This document shows, one piece after another, positions 40,663 through 54,284 of a DNA stretch of 64,000 nt. Both the position numbers and the translations under genes were made by a program. This DNA is from Octopus vulgaris (Eukaryota), in the NCBI GenBank assembly GCA_951406725.2, contig OX597816.1, forward strand, positions 98,270,001 through 98,334,000, read 5' to 3'. The notes beneath the pieces were generated by a model, which was given only the letters and a program-made list of their open reading frames with translations, searched no databases and was not told the DNA's origin. Position 1 is the first letter of the stretch. Each line of letters begins with the position of its first letter.

Positions 40663-42603
40663 TTATTCATGTATAAATAAGAATAAATGTGCGTGTCTCT
40701 GTGTATGTTTGTATGTATAAATGTACGTATGATCACAGACGCGCATACATGTAGAACATATGAAGTACACATAGAACATATAAAGTACACATTCGTATGT
40801 GTACTTTATACACATGCAAACAAATGTTTGTGTCTGAGTGAGCGTGCATCTATATATAAGCATCGTGTAAATTGGAAGTTTATATCTGTATGTGTGTGTG
40901 TGCTTGTCAGTCTGTGTCGTATCGTTACACAGCTCGTTGCCTTTAATATCTGAAATGAATTCGGTCGAAGCTCCAGTATGATTTTGAAATCTCTAGAGTA
41001 AGTTTACTTTCAGTCTTTGGCGTTTTAATCAAAAGTAAACAATAATCTATATAAAGTAAACATCTTTCTACTTACAGTATTGATCGCAAGCAATTGATGA
41101 TGCTTCTTCATATATTTATCTTTTAATAGTTAATGGTAGTTATAAAAATGAATGTAGACGAATCAACATGCTTAACTCTCTATAGTCACTCAACCTGTCA
41201 GAAATGCCAGTCAAATATCCCAGAATTCACATTAAAATATTTTAGAAAACGTCTCTATTGAATAATATTGCTCTGGTTAAACAAAATCTAAATTAATCTA
41301 CGCGTTAGTCATAACTGGAATGCAATTAATCATAGTTCTGTTATATTAAAATAAGCAACAAGAACAACAGTAACAGTAAAATGAACAAAGCCGATGGCAA
41401 GTAATGTAAAGCTCATTTAGTTGTTGATACAATAACATTCAAAGACGTAAGTTGTCTCTTAGCGTGTAGCCAGCATTACAGTAGCTATACGATTCTCAAA
41501 ATGTGAAGCATATGTTCTTATTCTTGAGTATGTGATTTCCAGAGAGTACAGGGTAAGAAACGATTAACACAGCATTGCAGGCCATCATACATCTTTACAT
41601 TAAATACCTATTGCTACATCTGGAACGAAGTACGGAAGCCTATCACGAGACCTTACTTCTTCGAGAGATAAAATGCAATAATCATTCTCAGTAAAATTCG
41701 AACTCAGTATATTTAGAATTTATGTTTATGTACGTGTGTCTGCGTCTGTGTCACACACAAAACAATGCACATTTATAAATGTATATGCATAAGCAAAATT
41801 TGATATTAACTTGTGATTAGAATGTTACTGAATAATCTGTCTTGTGATTCAATCACAATTATGCCACTTGCGCCAAACGTCTGGACACCTACAGGTAGAA
41901 CAAGAACGAGATAGCTGGATATCAGTAGTAATGTTTGGTAATTTAGTCACACATGAGAATACGGCCGGAATATGTATTGCTAGCTGCTTCTGATAGGATA
42001 GAAGAGGCGTCTAATGATCCTACCCCTTAGGAATCTCTTAGTAAAAGTATGTGGAGAAGATAGATTGTTGGGTATTTACACACTACTTGCAACTGCATTA
42101 CTATGTTTTATCATTCGTAATATATGGTTCAGGTGAGAAACAAATGCAAATTTATTATAAAATTTTCATCTCTTCTTCAAAACTCATATGGACTAGTCCG
42201 TGATACGCACGCACGCATGCACGCACACACACACACACACACAAACACAAGAATGGAGAATTATGCATGCTCAAAACTAGTCTTCTACAGTACTATACAC
42301 GATGCATTCATGGAAGAATATCGTCTGTAAGGAAAATACATCTTAATCTTGCTAGGACTTTCTCGATAACTAACTATATATTCGTTCTATTCCCGTAAGC
42401 CATTAAGGGCCACTCTAAGTTTAAATATTAATAATAGTTTATATAACCTTATACTGTTTCATAGCGATCACGGCTATCATCTCTATTTTCGCGGAGATGA
42501 TAGCAGATACTGAATTCAAGACTAGCACACACTGAATTCTTCAAAGGTAATAGTGACATCCAACTTAATGTGGGGATTGTATAAGATCACAGAATGCTAC
42601 GTT

Positions 42604-42825
42604 ATTTACCTTGAGAAAAAAATCTGATAAAGACATGTGTTGCATGAAAGAAATCGAAATCATATAGTTCACAGACAAAACTCGTCTGTTGAATCTGTCG
42701 TAACTGCCAATCCATCCTGCTATACCGTCGCCAGTGACAGATGTCCAGCAGCACGATAACATCCGAACCTCCCACCAATGATATATATATAATCTCTGAG
42801 TCGATTCCGGCATTGGTGACGCAAA
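42604..42825 (-). promoter_or_regulatory. Possible Pol II promoter and non-coding first exon
   Basis: Minus-strand order: TGCGTCA (CRE-like), CCAAT, TATATATA, ~150 nt of unique sequence, then AAG|GTAAAT donor-like site at 42610. Confidence 0.2.
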
Positions 42826-43341
42826 CAGCTAGGCAGCTTACTAAACAATAATTAATAGAGACAGAAACAATATTAATGAAGAAGGTAATTTGATCTCCAT
42901 CTTAACAAAGAGGCTAAGTCAGAACAGAAAATACTGTGTTAGTTGAGTGCATAAAAGCATTCCCAATTATATGTCCTTAGGAGAGATTTCGCAAGGAAAC
43001 TACCTTAAATAAAGCTGACACGTATACACTGGCTGAACATATATTGCAGCTGAACAAAGAGGATGCAATTAAATGCTACACTTTAGGACGTTAATGCAGT
43101 GAGAAACATACCGGGTCAAGAATTAACGTGAGTGCATAATGTATAATACTGCAATAAACAAGGTTTTAGGATCTATAATTCTCCTTAAATTCTTATAATG
43201 TCTTGACTTGCGAACTCAGGATTCACCTATAGGGAAAATACCGTGTAATTGTAAAGCACCTACACAGATTCACGATTTCTATTCCTTTACGCTACACACA
43301 CACACACACACATAAACACATACACACACAAATATTCACAT

Positions 43342-43386
<45 letters not shown>

Positions 43387-43738
43387 TATATATATATAAA
43401 GTTATATATTCATACATATACATATTTGTGTGTGTGCTTGTATATTTTGCCATGGAAAAAAATCCAAGTTGTACAAAGAAAGGTGTAAACACGCCGAATC
43501 TTCTCTCAGAGACCCCTCACAAGACTTATGCCAGATCGAAGCATCTTTCCGTTTTCCCTCGCTGAAGAGAACTCCAAAATGAATGCATCCAATATACTAG
43601 GTTTAAGACTGCGAGGTGACTCAATGTATTTACACTTTACTACCAATGTGAGAATACAGAGAATGGCATTTACATGCAGTAGAATGTGCTTCAAGCATAT
43701 TTTAAATGGTAACAAGATTGTATCCGCACTCATGTACA

Positions 43739-43774
<36 letters not shown>

Positions 43775-43969
43775 TATGTACATCCTAAATATACATGTAT
43801 ATAAGCAAGTGTATATGTGTTTACATACATGTACGTTCTTACATGTATATACACATGTACGCACGCATAAATACATACATACATACATACATACATATAC
43901 ACACACATATATATATATATGTATGTATGTATATATAAAATTCCTGAGCGAGATATAATCAGTGACAGT

Positions 43970-44564
43970 ACGGAATCGTAACTTATAATTGCAAGCTAAG
44001 TGTGGCGTCCTATGCAGGACAGTGTTAATGACGCGCACGTATTGCCCCGGGAAGACACCTCTTCAAGCTGGCTAATGATATACATTCTGAGCCCGATTAG
44101 TATTTGCGAGTGCAATAAGTTTTCCTCAGTAGCTTGTGATTAACAAACGCTGAGGACGGGTAACCAATCAGAAGCGCTAGTCTGTATGTATTACGTAAGG
44201 TTACAGATGAAAGCGATGGCCTCCCCTCGCAAATACCAATCGGACACACAATGTGTGTCGTTAGCCAGCTGGAGGAGATGTCTTCTCGAGGCTGTAAACG
44301 TTAGTAGCAATGTGCTGCATAGAACGCCACACTTGCTTCTGTTTATTGAGCGAAAACATCTATAGCTCCACGAGGCTCCGGCAGGGGGGGGGGGCACACC
44401 CCTGTTGTACTTTTGCGCCCCAACTATCTCTAACTCTTTCTTTCTGTTTCTTCAGTAACACTGCGATGGACTGGCGTCCCGTCCAACTGAGGGGAAAACA
44501 TACGCCATAGAAACCGGGAAACCGGGCCCATGATCCTGGCTAGGCTTGAAAAGGGCGCATAAAT

Positions 44565-44565
<1 letters not shown>
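43970..44565 (+). mobile_element. SINE-like interspersed repeat
   Basis: GC-richer block containing ctgcgatggactggcgtcccgtcca...gaaaccggg..cccatga, a motif typical of invertebrate SINE central/3' domains; ends in (TA)n. Confidence 0.5.
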
Positions 44566-44637
<72 letters not shown>

Positions 44638-46107
44638 ATGTCTTATGATTTAGAAATATTTGTTCAAACAGTAAATCTCGAAGTATTTAAAGCTAGAAAT
44701 GATACCAAGTAGATATTAATTTTAAATTTTGATACTATTTCGGAGGAGAGGTTTGCAGTTAATACCTACTTTATGGGTTTTAAAACTATTCACTTTCTCA
44801 ATTAAGTATTTTAACACTCTTATTTATAGCTTCCATGATCAATATTCCAAGTGAGAATTGTACGCACGCACACACACACAAGTATATATCTCTACATTTA
44901 TATGTCTGGTGTGTGCATATGTATAAATGTATGTATATACACGAGTAGTAGACGGCAAGTGCAGTGGTAATAGTACTTCTAATTAATTGAACTTGGATAA
45001 ATATAATTTGATGGGAACATCTTTAAGCTAAAATCATTCAAGTAAAGTTGGAATTTAAATCAAAATAATGGGCCTTTTCTTTGGGTTGTGATGGGATAGA
45101 AGCAGTGAAGAAATTGTGCAGCATGTTTTTAATGTGGTTGATTTCAAAGTATGATTTCTTTCTTAATAACACACACTCCTTGAATTAACATGACAGTCAA
45201 TGTTTTAAACAGAGTCTGAAAATATATGTTACGGAACAATCACATTCAAATCCTCAATAGTTATCTATATTACAGTTAGATGCAACCACAATGCAACCCT
45301 TAAAAATGTTACCGAACAATTTAGTTTTTCGAAAACAATTCAGCTACACTTAATGATGAGATCTTAGCTACAAACTCTAAATATGTGCATAAATATTAGA
45401 TGCGGTTAATATCGAAATTATAATTAAGTTTGAAATGAAATTAAAATATAAAACAAAAAATCAAAACAAAAACAAAACGACAAATGTATAAATTATAATT
45501 TAAAGAGTAAAACATTAAGGTACTAAAAAACTAAAATTAAAATATTAAGAAGCCAAAAAATTAACGAAGTAATTTATTTTAAAATTTTATCTAAGAAAAT
45601 AACAAAAATTTAAAAAATAAAGTATAAAAACTTTTGAAAGTTTAGAAAATGAAAACAATTATCATATTAGGAAAGAAAACATTTAAACTTTAAAATTAAA
45701 AGAATCTTAAATGTAAGAATAATCTAAAATAAATTAAGCATTAAAAAATTAAAATTTAGAATCAAATTGACAAATTAAAAATGAAAAGATTTATAAATTT
45801 AATTTAAATGTTTTAACAATTATCTTTATATATTCGGATATTTAAGTTCCAAGTCCCTATTATGTAATCTTTAAATATTTTACTTGTATTTTTATCTATT
45901 TATATTTACAGCATATATTTTAATTTTTATTATATCAAATTCAAATTTATTTCTTTAAACTTTTAGTTTTTCCAAGTCAAAATCATATTGTGTTCAACAA
46001 TTCTAATTTTAGAATTTTCGTTCCTTAATTTTATTTATAATTTTTCAGTTTCATTTTCAGATTTCAGTTTCTATTCTTAATTTTAAATATTGATTTCAAA
46101 ATTTTGC

Positions 46108-46460
46108 ATAAGGCCAGTAATTTGTTTGGAGTGGGTGGGGAGGGATGTACGTCGATTATATGGACCTTAGTACTTAACTGTTACTTATGAGATTTACCTC
46201 GAAAGGATAGGCGAGGTCGATATCGGTGGAACCTGAAGACTGAACCTAAATTCAGGAACTAAAGACTGACAAAATGTTACTAATTTTTTTGTCTAGGGTG
46301 CTAGTGATTCTGCCAGATCACCGCCATATGGTTAATATCAATATTAACAATAGGCAGTCGGTGAGCTTGGCAGGATCGATAAAATACGTACCAGTTGAAC
46401 GCAGTGGTCGATGTGATCTGCTTTCCATTCCCCTACAATTGTTGACATTGTGCCAAAATA
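46108..46460. mobile_element. Decayed copies of the SINE family at 55100-55545 (minus copy plus short plus-strand fragment)
   Basis: Shares gtcgatta, gaaaggat, gtcga, ttctgccag and cgcc blocks with 55100-55545. Confidence 0.55.
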
Positions 46461-46472
46461 TGTATATATGTA

Positions 46473-46511
<39 letters not shown>

Positions 46512-46512
46512 T

Positions 46513-46720
46513 ATTTTACTCTTTTACTTGTTTCAGTCATTTGACTGTGGTCATGCTGGAGCACCGCATTTAGTCGAGCAAATCGACCTCTGGATTTATT
46601 CTTTGTAAGCCTAGTACTTATTCTATTGGTTTGTCTTGCCGAACTGCTAAGTTACCGGTACGTAATTACACAACCATCGGTTGTCAAGCGATGCTGGGAG
46701 GGACAAACACAGACACACAA
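46513..46720 (-). mobile_element. tRNA-derived SINE, 3' half (family of 52111-52538)
   Basis: Reverse complement of 52330-52538. Confidence 0.85.
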
Positions 46721-46740
46721 ACATATACACACATACATAT

Positions 46741-46788
<48 letters not shown>

Positions 46789-47042
46789 ACACACGCACAC
46801 GCGCACGCACACGCGCACGCACACACACGCACACGCACACACACGCACACGCACACACACACACACACACACATATAGCTGCCAATTCTTGACTCTGAAA
46901 CCACATTAAATGTCCATACAGCACCAAGAGAGAAGACAAGAGACAAAATAAACTAGCAAAACATAATTACTGGATAGTTCCAGATCCCGGATCTCTGACT
47001 CTGCCTACATTGCTCTGTCTACATCGGCGGAACGTACTCAGC

Positions 47043-47110
<68 letters not shown>

Positions 47111-47112
<2 letters not shown>

Positions 47113-47706
47113 ATATGAACAGATAAGTGGTACAAGGCACCAATATTTACTGGAAATTATCAATCGATGCAAATACGACGTTATTGTTTAACTTCACTGC
47201 GTATTTACTAGCTAAGACGTTTGTGTGCAACAATCATGAGAAATTTGACTTACCTCCAGGAAGAACATTCGATAAATGGACAACCTAGAATCGGATAATG
47301 CAAAACAGGTTTCTAACTCTTCAAATACGTTTGACAACGTAAATTTGATCAGTCTTCATCAGCTGCATTTACCTAGAAAATATTTCAAATTATTATTTTC
47401 ATTGAAACTCCTTCACTGTTCTCGTTCTGTTAACGGCTAGGCGTTCAGGCAAGTATACTGGCATTGATGTGGCAACATTTGAAATAGGTTGTCCAAGACA
47501 AATTTTTCATGTTTGCTGCACGCACTCGTCTTTGCTTGTAAATACGCGGTGAAGCTATAAAATAACGTCGTATTTGTATCGATTGCTATTTTCCAGTAAA
47601 TATTGGTGCTTTTTTGTTCCGTTTATCTATTTTTATATGTACAATTCTACCATTTTGGGGGTTTATTTTACTGGAAGGTAATACATTTGTATTGCATTAT
47701 TATTTA

Positions 47707-47711
<5 letters not shown>
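47111..47711. mobile_element. Foldback element between (TA)n arrays with decayed HHR
   Basis: 47118-47290 is inverted at 47485-47635. Minus strand 47322-47366 reads cag-CTGATGA-a-gac..gtc-(g)AAA-cg-TA-tttg. Confidence 0.65.
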
Positions 47712-47743
<32 letters not shown>

Positions 47744-47912
47744 GGGGATTACTATACATAAATGCATCACACTAGGAGGAAATCTTAAAGTGAAAAGCTA
47801 GCATAATAAACAAGTTAATATAATATAAATATATTTAAAGTGAATAATTAATAAAATTTTCTGTTATGAGGTTTTCACACTAACACGTCATAAATTCTTG
47901 TAAAAACTTTAT

Positions 47913-47957
<45 letters not shown>

Positions 47958-47961
<4 letters not shown>

Positions 47962-48527
47962 ACAAATTAATAAATAAAACATATGCATATATACATACAT
48001 ATATGTACGTACCTACATCTACATGTATATATACATGCATATATGGGTACAGGACACCAAAAAACGTCGAACGCAATGAGAAACGAAAACATAAACACAA
48101 AACCAAGGAAATGGACATAATTCTTAAACAACGAAAAAAGAGGGTGCAGGACATAAAACACAAGGAAAATTCCCCTTCTTCAGTCGCCTCTGTTTCATCT
48201 ACTACGCGTATCGAAGGTAAAGGCGAGTCGCGCCTCTGTTTCATCTACTCCACGTTTGGAGGGTCTCGAAACGCGGAGTAGATGAAACAGAGGCGACTGA
48301 AGAAGGGGAATTTATCTTGTGTTGTATGTCCTATACTCTATGTTTTCGTTGTTTAAGAAAAATGTCCTTTTTCTTGGTTTTGTGTTTATGTTTTCGTTTC
48401 TCATTGCGTTCGACGTTTTTTTTGGTGTCCTGAACCCATATATGCATATATATATACATGTAGATGTAGGTTCGTACATATATGTATGTATATATGCATA
48501 TGTTTTATTTATTAATTTGATATTATA
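47958..48527. mobile_element. Foldback of two family-A pLTR-like arms
   Basis: 47958-48213 is inverted at 48266-48527. An extra 27-bp duplicate lies at 48231-48257, and the junction falls within the HHR 3' half (GAAA-CGCG). Confidence 0.85.
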
Positions 48528-48569
48528 TGACGGAATGCACGCATCCATTTCTAGGTAAGTTTGTTCTTA

Positions 48570-48611
<42 letters not shown>

Positions 48612-49142
48612 GGTTATCAATTCTATTTACAAGCTTGTTGAAGTGAATTCCTGCTTTGATAGAGATTTGGTTGCATTTGGGTATGATTCTGTTACCAATT
48701 TAACTAATGAAATCACACGCACTGTATATTTTGGTTCACTTGCTTCCGTTTTATTTCTTATCGTATTTCGGGTAGAGTTCTTTCGCCACTCTTCTGTGCA
48801 CTCACCAGTAGTTCTTTGCTTATCTTTCTTTTTTTCGACTCCAAAAAAGAAAAAGAAAGAAGAACGCGCCAGGAAAAACGAAAGAACAAAGCGAAGGACC
48901 ATTGATGAGGTCACAGAAGTGTGATGAAAAAATGTGGCGGAAATAAAATTAATATGAATTAAAGCTGAAGCAAGTGAACACCAAACATATAGTGCGTGTG
49001 TTTTCAGAGGCTAAATTGGCAGCATAACCATCTCCAAATGTTCCGATTTATCTATCTATCTATATATCTATCTATCTATCTATCTATCTATCTGTATTTA
49101 TTTGTGTGTGAGTGTTTCTGTGCATGTGTCTGTATCTATGTA

Positions 49143-49204
<62 letters not shown>

Positions 49205-49210
49205 TATGTA

Positions 49211-49256
<46 letters not shown>

Positions 49257-49290
49257 CGAGAAGGTTGGTGTGTGAAAGCACGTGGTTGAA

Positions 49291-49933
49291 TATATAGAAA
49301 ATAGTAAAAAGTGAAAAAACTACAGAAGGCTTGTTTTAAAAGGATAAAAAATATATTTGATTCATTATGTCAGAAGAATGTTATAAAATTTTTTTCATAC
49401 AGTGACATAGTTTTTGAAGAAATTACCGGTTTCATGTCAACTTTTCAAATTTCGCAAAACATCGTGTTATGTCTTCGTTATGAAGTGCAAAGAAGAGTTC
49501 CAGGTAGGGGGAGGTAATAAGCGATTTTTTCGGTATAAGGGAGATAATCGCTTTATATTTTTTTCCCTTTTATTTAATGGGGTGAATTTCTCTGTATAAG
49601 AATGTTAAGTCCAAACGTAACCACTCTAACATTCTTATACAGAGAAATTCACCCCATTAAATAAAAGGGAAAAGAAATATAAAGCGATTATCTCTCTTAT
49701 ACCGGAAAAAATCGCTTATTACCTCCCCTACCTGGAACTCTTCTTTGCACTTCAGAACGAAGACATAACACGATGTTTTGAGAAATTTGAAAAGTTAACA
49801 CGAAACCGGTAATTTCTTCAAAAACTACGTCACTGTATGAAAAAATTTTTATAACATTCTTCTGACATAATGACTCAAATATATTTTTTAACCTTTTAAA
49901 ACAAGCCTTCTGTAGTTTTTTCACTTTTTTTAT

Positions 49934-49942
<9 letters not shown>
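49291..49942. mobile_element. Foldback element, ~315-bp arms and 19-bp spacer
   Basis: 49291-49607 is inverted at 49627-49942. Each arm carries gaagacat..tgtt..aaca-c-GAAA-CCGG-TA-atttcttc. Confidence 0.9.
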
Positions 49943-50016
<74 letters not shown>

Positions 50017-50019
50017 TAT

Positions 50020-51590
50020 AAACTTAGATAAACTTAGATATGTTTCGACCAATGATTGGTCCAGGCCATGTCTAACTTAATAGCACCACCTAATAGGATT
50101 ATTTGAATCTTGTTTAAGTCAAGTTTTGTTTATGGTCCATTCCAGTAGTGAGTTTTTGTTGGGTGAGTTGTATCCAATTATGGGTGGCTTATCTGGTATT
50201 CCTTGAAGGAATCTATCCAGACTCCGTTTAAAGTTGGTGGGATCCTGTTCCTCTTTGATCTCTTTCGGGACAATGTTAAAGAGGGCAGGACCTGTTGAGA
50301 AAAAGAAATTATGTTGTAGTGTACATGTATGCTGTGACCTTGAATTGGGCAGGGGACGTATGGCCCGTTGTCCCAGTCTTGGATGAACCTTGAAGCTAAA
50401 GTTCAGGTCGTTTGGGCAAAGTTGGCGGTATATTCTCCATATCGTACAAATGATATACCGCTAGAGCAGCCATGCCTTCAATTCGTTTAGTGAGTGCTCT
50501 CTGGGGTGATTCAATCCTCGAGATGTTTTGTCTTGTATGGGAAGACCCCAGTAGGCAGCAGTATTCGAGGTGTGGCCGTACAAAGGAGGAGAAAAGTGGT
50601 ATGATGACACCTTTTTCTCTGGACCGGAAAGTTCTTAAGATCCAGGAACTCATCCTACGAGCTATACCGACCTTCTTGTTGATGTGTGCACTCCAACTGA
50701 GATGGTCATCAACAATTACGCCCAGGTCTCTAATATTGTTAGAGGCTGTGAGCAGTTCCCCTGAAGGAAAAAAGTATGGCTGTTTTAGTGAGGAATTTCT
50801 TCCAAAATGTATCAGCTCAAATTTTCCTTCGTTCAGTTGCATTTTGTTTCTGTCTGCCCATTGACTCACAGCATATAGATCAGACTGGAGTTGAGTTCGG
50901 TCTGCTTCTTCATTGACGATTTGCTGGAGCTTAGTGTCATCAGCAAATATTTTCACTTTGCAGTAATGTACGGCACTGGAAAGGTAGTTTATGTAGATTA
51001 TGAAGAGTAGCGGACCCAAGACAGTCCCCTGGGGGACACCGCTGGTGACTTTTGCTGGGCTTGAGTGAACTCCATCAACTAAAACATGTGTTCTATTCGC
51101 CAGGAAATACTTGATCCAGTGTAGAACTTTTCCGCGGATTCCAACATTTGCCAATTTTAAGAGTAGGATATTATGCTCTACCCTGTCGAACGCTTTACTG
51201 AAGTCAAGATATATGACGTCAGAGTTCGAACCTGTTCCCAAGGCTTTGAGTACATTTTCAATGTGGTGTAAAAGCTGTGTTAGACAGTCCCTACCTCAGC
51301 GAAAGCCATGCTGATTTGCATTTAAGAGTTTGTGGGTCTCCAGGAAGTCAGCTATCCTTGATCTTAACACTCTTTCAAACACTTTAATGATGTGGGAGGT
51401 GAGTGAGATTGGGCGATAGTTGACTGCGAGGGATCTGTTTCCCTGTTTGAAAACCGGGATGACTGACTGGGATAGAAACTGTTTCGGTATATAACCTGCG
51501 TCTAACGAATTTTTCCAGAGGTTGGTCAGAGGGACTGCAAGTTGGTGTCTACATTCCTTCGGGAGACTAGCAGGGAATCTATCAGGGCCT
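50020..51590 (-). mobile_element. 5'-truncated CR1/L2-like LINE: reverse transcriptase and 3' UTR
   Basis: NYRPISLTS, QHGFR, YLDFSKAFDRV, SGVPQGTVLGPLLF, FADDTKL, DLGVIVD, VRPHLEYC; 3' tail (tatctaagtt)2 abuts (TA)n. Confidence 0.95.
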
Positions 51591-52110
51591 ACATATAACA
51601 TATATTTAGCCTCTAATTCATATCATCGAAAAGTTTCGTGTAGAGGTTCACATAGCTTTTGAATTGATTCTAAATATTTCAGAGATTCACACTCCGAATC
51701 TCATGGCACAACACATGAATATGCCAGATGGATAAACGAATGTGCTCGAGCAACAACGAAAGATCAAATCATTTCTCATGTCCAATGGTGTTTGAATCTG
51801 CATAGTGATGGGAAATACACCACTTTAGAAGGGAATCGTAAAGACCGCAGTCTGCCAATGCATTATATATATATATATATATATATTTGTTTGGCTTCAA
51901 ATATATGGCTCCTGGATGCTTTCATATGTATATAAACAAATGTATTAGTTCCATATAAACAAATGTATTAGTTGCCCCTAGTGGTGCTTATATAAAGACA
52001 TATAGATGTTTGTGTATATATGCATTTATGTATGCATGTATATATGCATGCATGTACCTAAGTATATATGCATGTATATATGCATGTATATATATGCATG
52101 CATGTACGTA

Positions 52111-52277
52111 AGGCGCAGGAGTGGCTGTGTGGTAAGTAGCTTGTTTACCAACCACATGGTTCTGGGTTCAGTCCCACTGCATGGCACCTTGGGCAAGTGT
52201 CTTCTACTGTAGCCTCGGGCCGACCAAAGCCTTGTGAGTAGATTTGGTAGCCGGAAACTGAAAAGAAGCCCGTCGTA

Positions 52278-52323
<46 letters not shown>

Positions 52324-52535
52324 TGTGTGTGTTTGTGTGTCTGTGTTTGTCCCCCTAGCATTTCTTGACAACCGATGCTGGTGTGTTTATGTCCCCGTTA
52401 CTTAGCGGTTCGGCAAAAGAGACCGATAGAATAAGTACTGGGCTTACAAATAGAATAAGTCCCAGGGTCGAGTTGTTCGATTAAAGGTGGTGCTCCAGCA
52501 TGGCCGCAGTCAAATGACTGAAACAAGTAAAAGAG

Positions 52536-52538
<3 letters not shown>
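52111..52538 (+). mobile_element. Full-length tRNA-derived SINE with internal (TA)n/(TG)n and LINE-like tail
   Basis: A box tggctgtgtgg, B box ggttcagtccc, ccttgggcaagt body; tail ggtggtgctccagcatggccgcagtcaaatgactgaaaca. Partial copies at 12222 and 46513. Confidence 0.88.
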
Positions 52539-52577
<39 letters not shown>

Positions 52578-52899
52578 GATTTGCTTACAGAAATACATAC
52601 ATACAGTTACATGTGTGTACATAATTCACTAACAGTGGTGTCGGGGTAATATTTTCATGGTGAATACTCTTTGCACGGCGGCCTTCTTACCACTCCAAAT
52701 TCTAGGATAAGTTAAATTAAAAATTAGCAATTAAAACAGTTAAATATAATCAATCTGTCACCTCATTTTGAGATAATATAATCAAAAATTATTTGGGTTC
52801 AAAAGCATTTTATAAAATGATTTCAAAACTAGATGAATAAATCATAAATGCAAATTCCAAGCAATTCCAAGAAAATCTTCAATTTTCCTGCATAATTTT

Positions 52900-53110
52900 T
52901 ATTTCAGTAGCACTTCAATGAACTCTCACAATAACAGGAATGTAGTTTTGTAAAGCCCGTCAAAATTAGCTCATTAAAAATTATTATCGTGTAAAAAGTC
53001 ACCAAAACTGAGATTGTATAGGGAATGTTATCGTCTTTAAATCGTCACACTTTCGTCAATTTACAAATCAATTTGATATAATTCAAATTCTTAACAGATC
53101 TAAATTGAAG
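52900..53110 (+). mobile_element. Possible decayed hAT transposase C-terminal dimerisation domain
   Basis: tcaaaatt-agctcattaaaaattattatcgt reads SKL.LIKNYYR with a frameshift, resembling ERSFSKLKLIKNYLR. Confidence 0.3.
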
Positions 53111-54284
53111 AAAACTAATTGTGACAATGGCCGCAAGATGTGTGCCGCAGATAATCATGCATAAAAATAATGGTCAAATGGAATAATTCGTAGCGCATGA
53201 TCTCGTTTTAAAATCATATCACAGCTATATTAAGACACAATTTATGGCATGTCAGCTGTGAGCAATCTTCTCATTTGATGACGGTCAAAATTACAAGCAT
53301 CTGTTTGTTCCTCTTTATTTGGAAGCGGTGGTGACTTCGATAAATCAAAAGCATGTCTTGTACGTTATATTGTAAGCATATTTGTCTTTGTTGTGCAACA
53401 AACTACCCTAATATATACCCATTATCTCAATTTTAACACACTCACATTTCCCACACATCTGAACTTAATAAATATATCTTCATCTTCAGTTCACGCAAGA
53501 TTCTCGAAACCGTAGTTCACAAAGGGGAAAACGTTACCTTTTATGCTTCTGGAAGAGACAATGCAATTCAAGAAAAACGTAACAAGAAGATTTGCTAGAC
53601 AGCTTGACGTTACCATAAACATCAAAATAATGGAATATTTTCGCACACACAATATACATTTACAGTCGATACTAGATGCAAGATTTGTATGTCAAGCGTA
53701 AGCCACTGGTGAGCATCTCGAATGTATTGTTCTACCTCTGCCCTTATTCGTACTATGTCACAATCTGCCTTGGCTCAAGGTAAACAGTCTGCAGCCTTCA
53801 ACCTGAACACTTTGGTAAGCTGCGTGAGACAAATGTGAAAGGAGTTGACAAGCCACATAAAGATTATCCAAGTGAAAATACGGAGTGCCTGAAGATAAAA
53901 AAAAAACAGAAAACAACTTCGGATGTCAGATTGGTTGCAAAGATTCAAGAAATCCTGACTTATCACAATTACGAAAAATGGAGTTGCTTAAAACTCTGAT
54001 GAGGTAATACAAAAAATGGTCTTCTGCGTTTTCCAAAAATGCATATCCTCCATTCCTGTCATGTTAACTTTCACGTGGTCATTGAAGTGTACTCAGACAA
54101 GCAAAATGAGCGTTTCTAGAAGAATATGCTTAATGTTGAATGAAGCTACAAAGAAGCATATAACAATAATAAAATGGGAGACTGTCTTTGGTGTTAATAA
54201 TGCAAAGAGCTCAACATTGCAATTGGAAATCTTATAAAACTACTCACTCCTAAAATTTTGCGATCACCTTTATATAAGTTGCAC

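Noticed and set aside
51971-51986. CTCF-like motif (rc caccactaggggcaac)
   Set aside because: One G short of the core consensus; a single short match is expected by chance.
52111-52185. tRNA gene
   Set aside because: A/B boxes are present but there is no cloverleaf, and it continues into a SINE body with other copies in the window.
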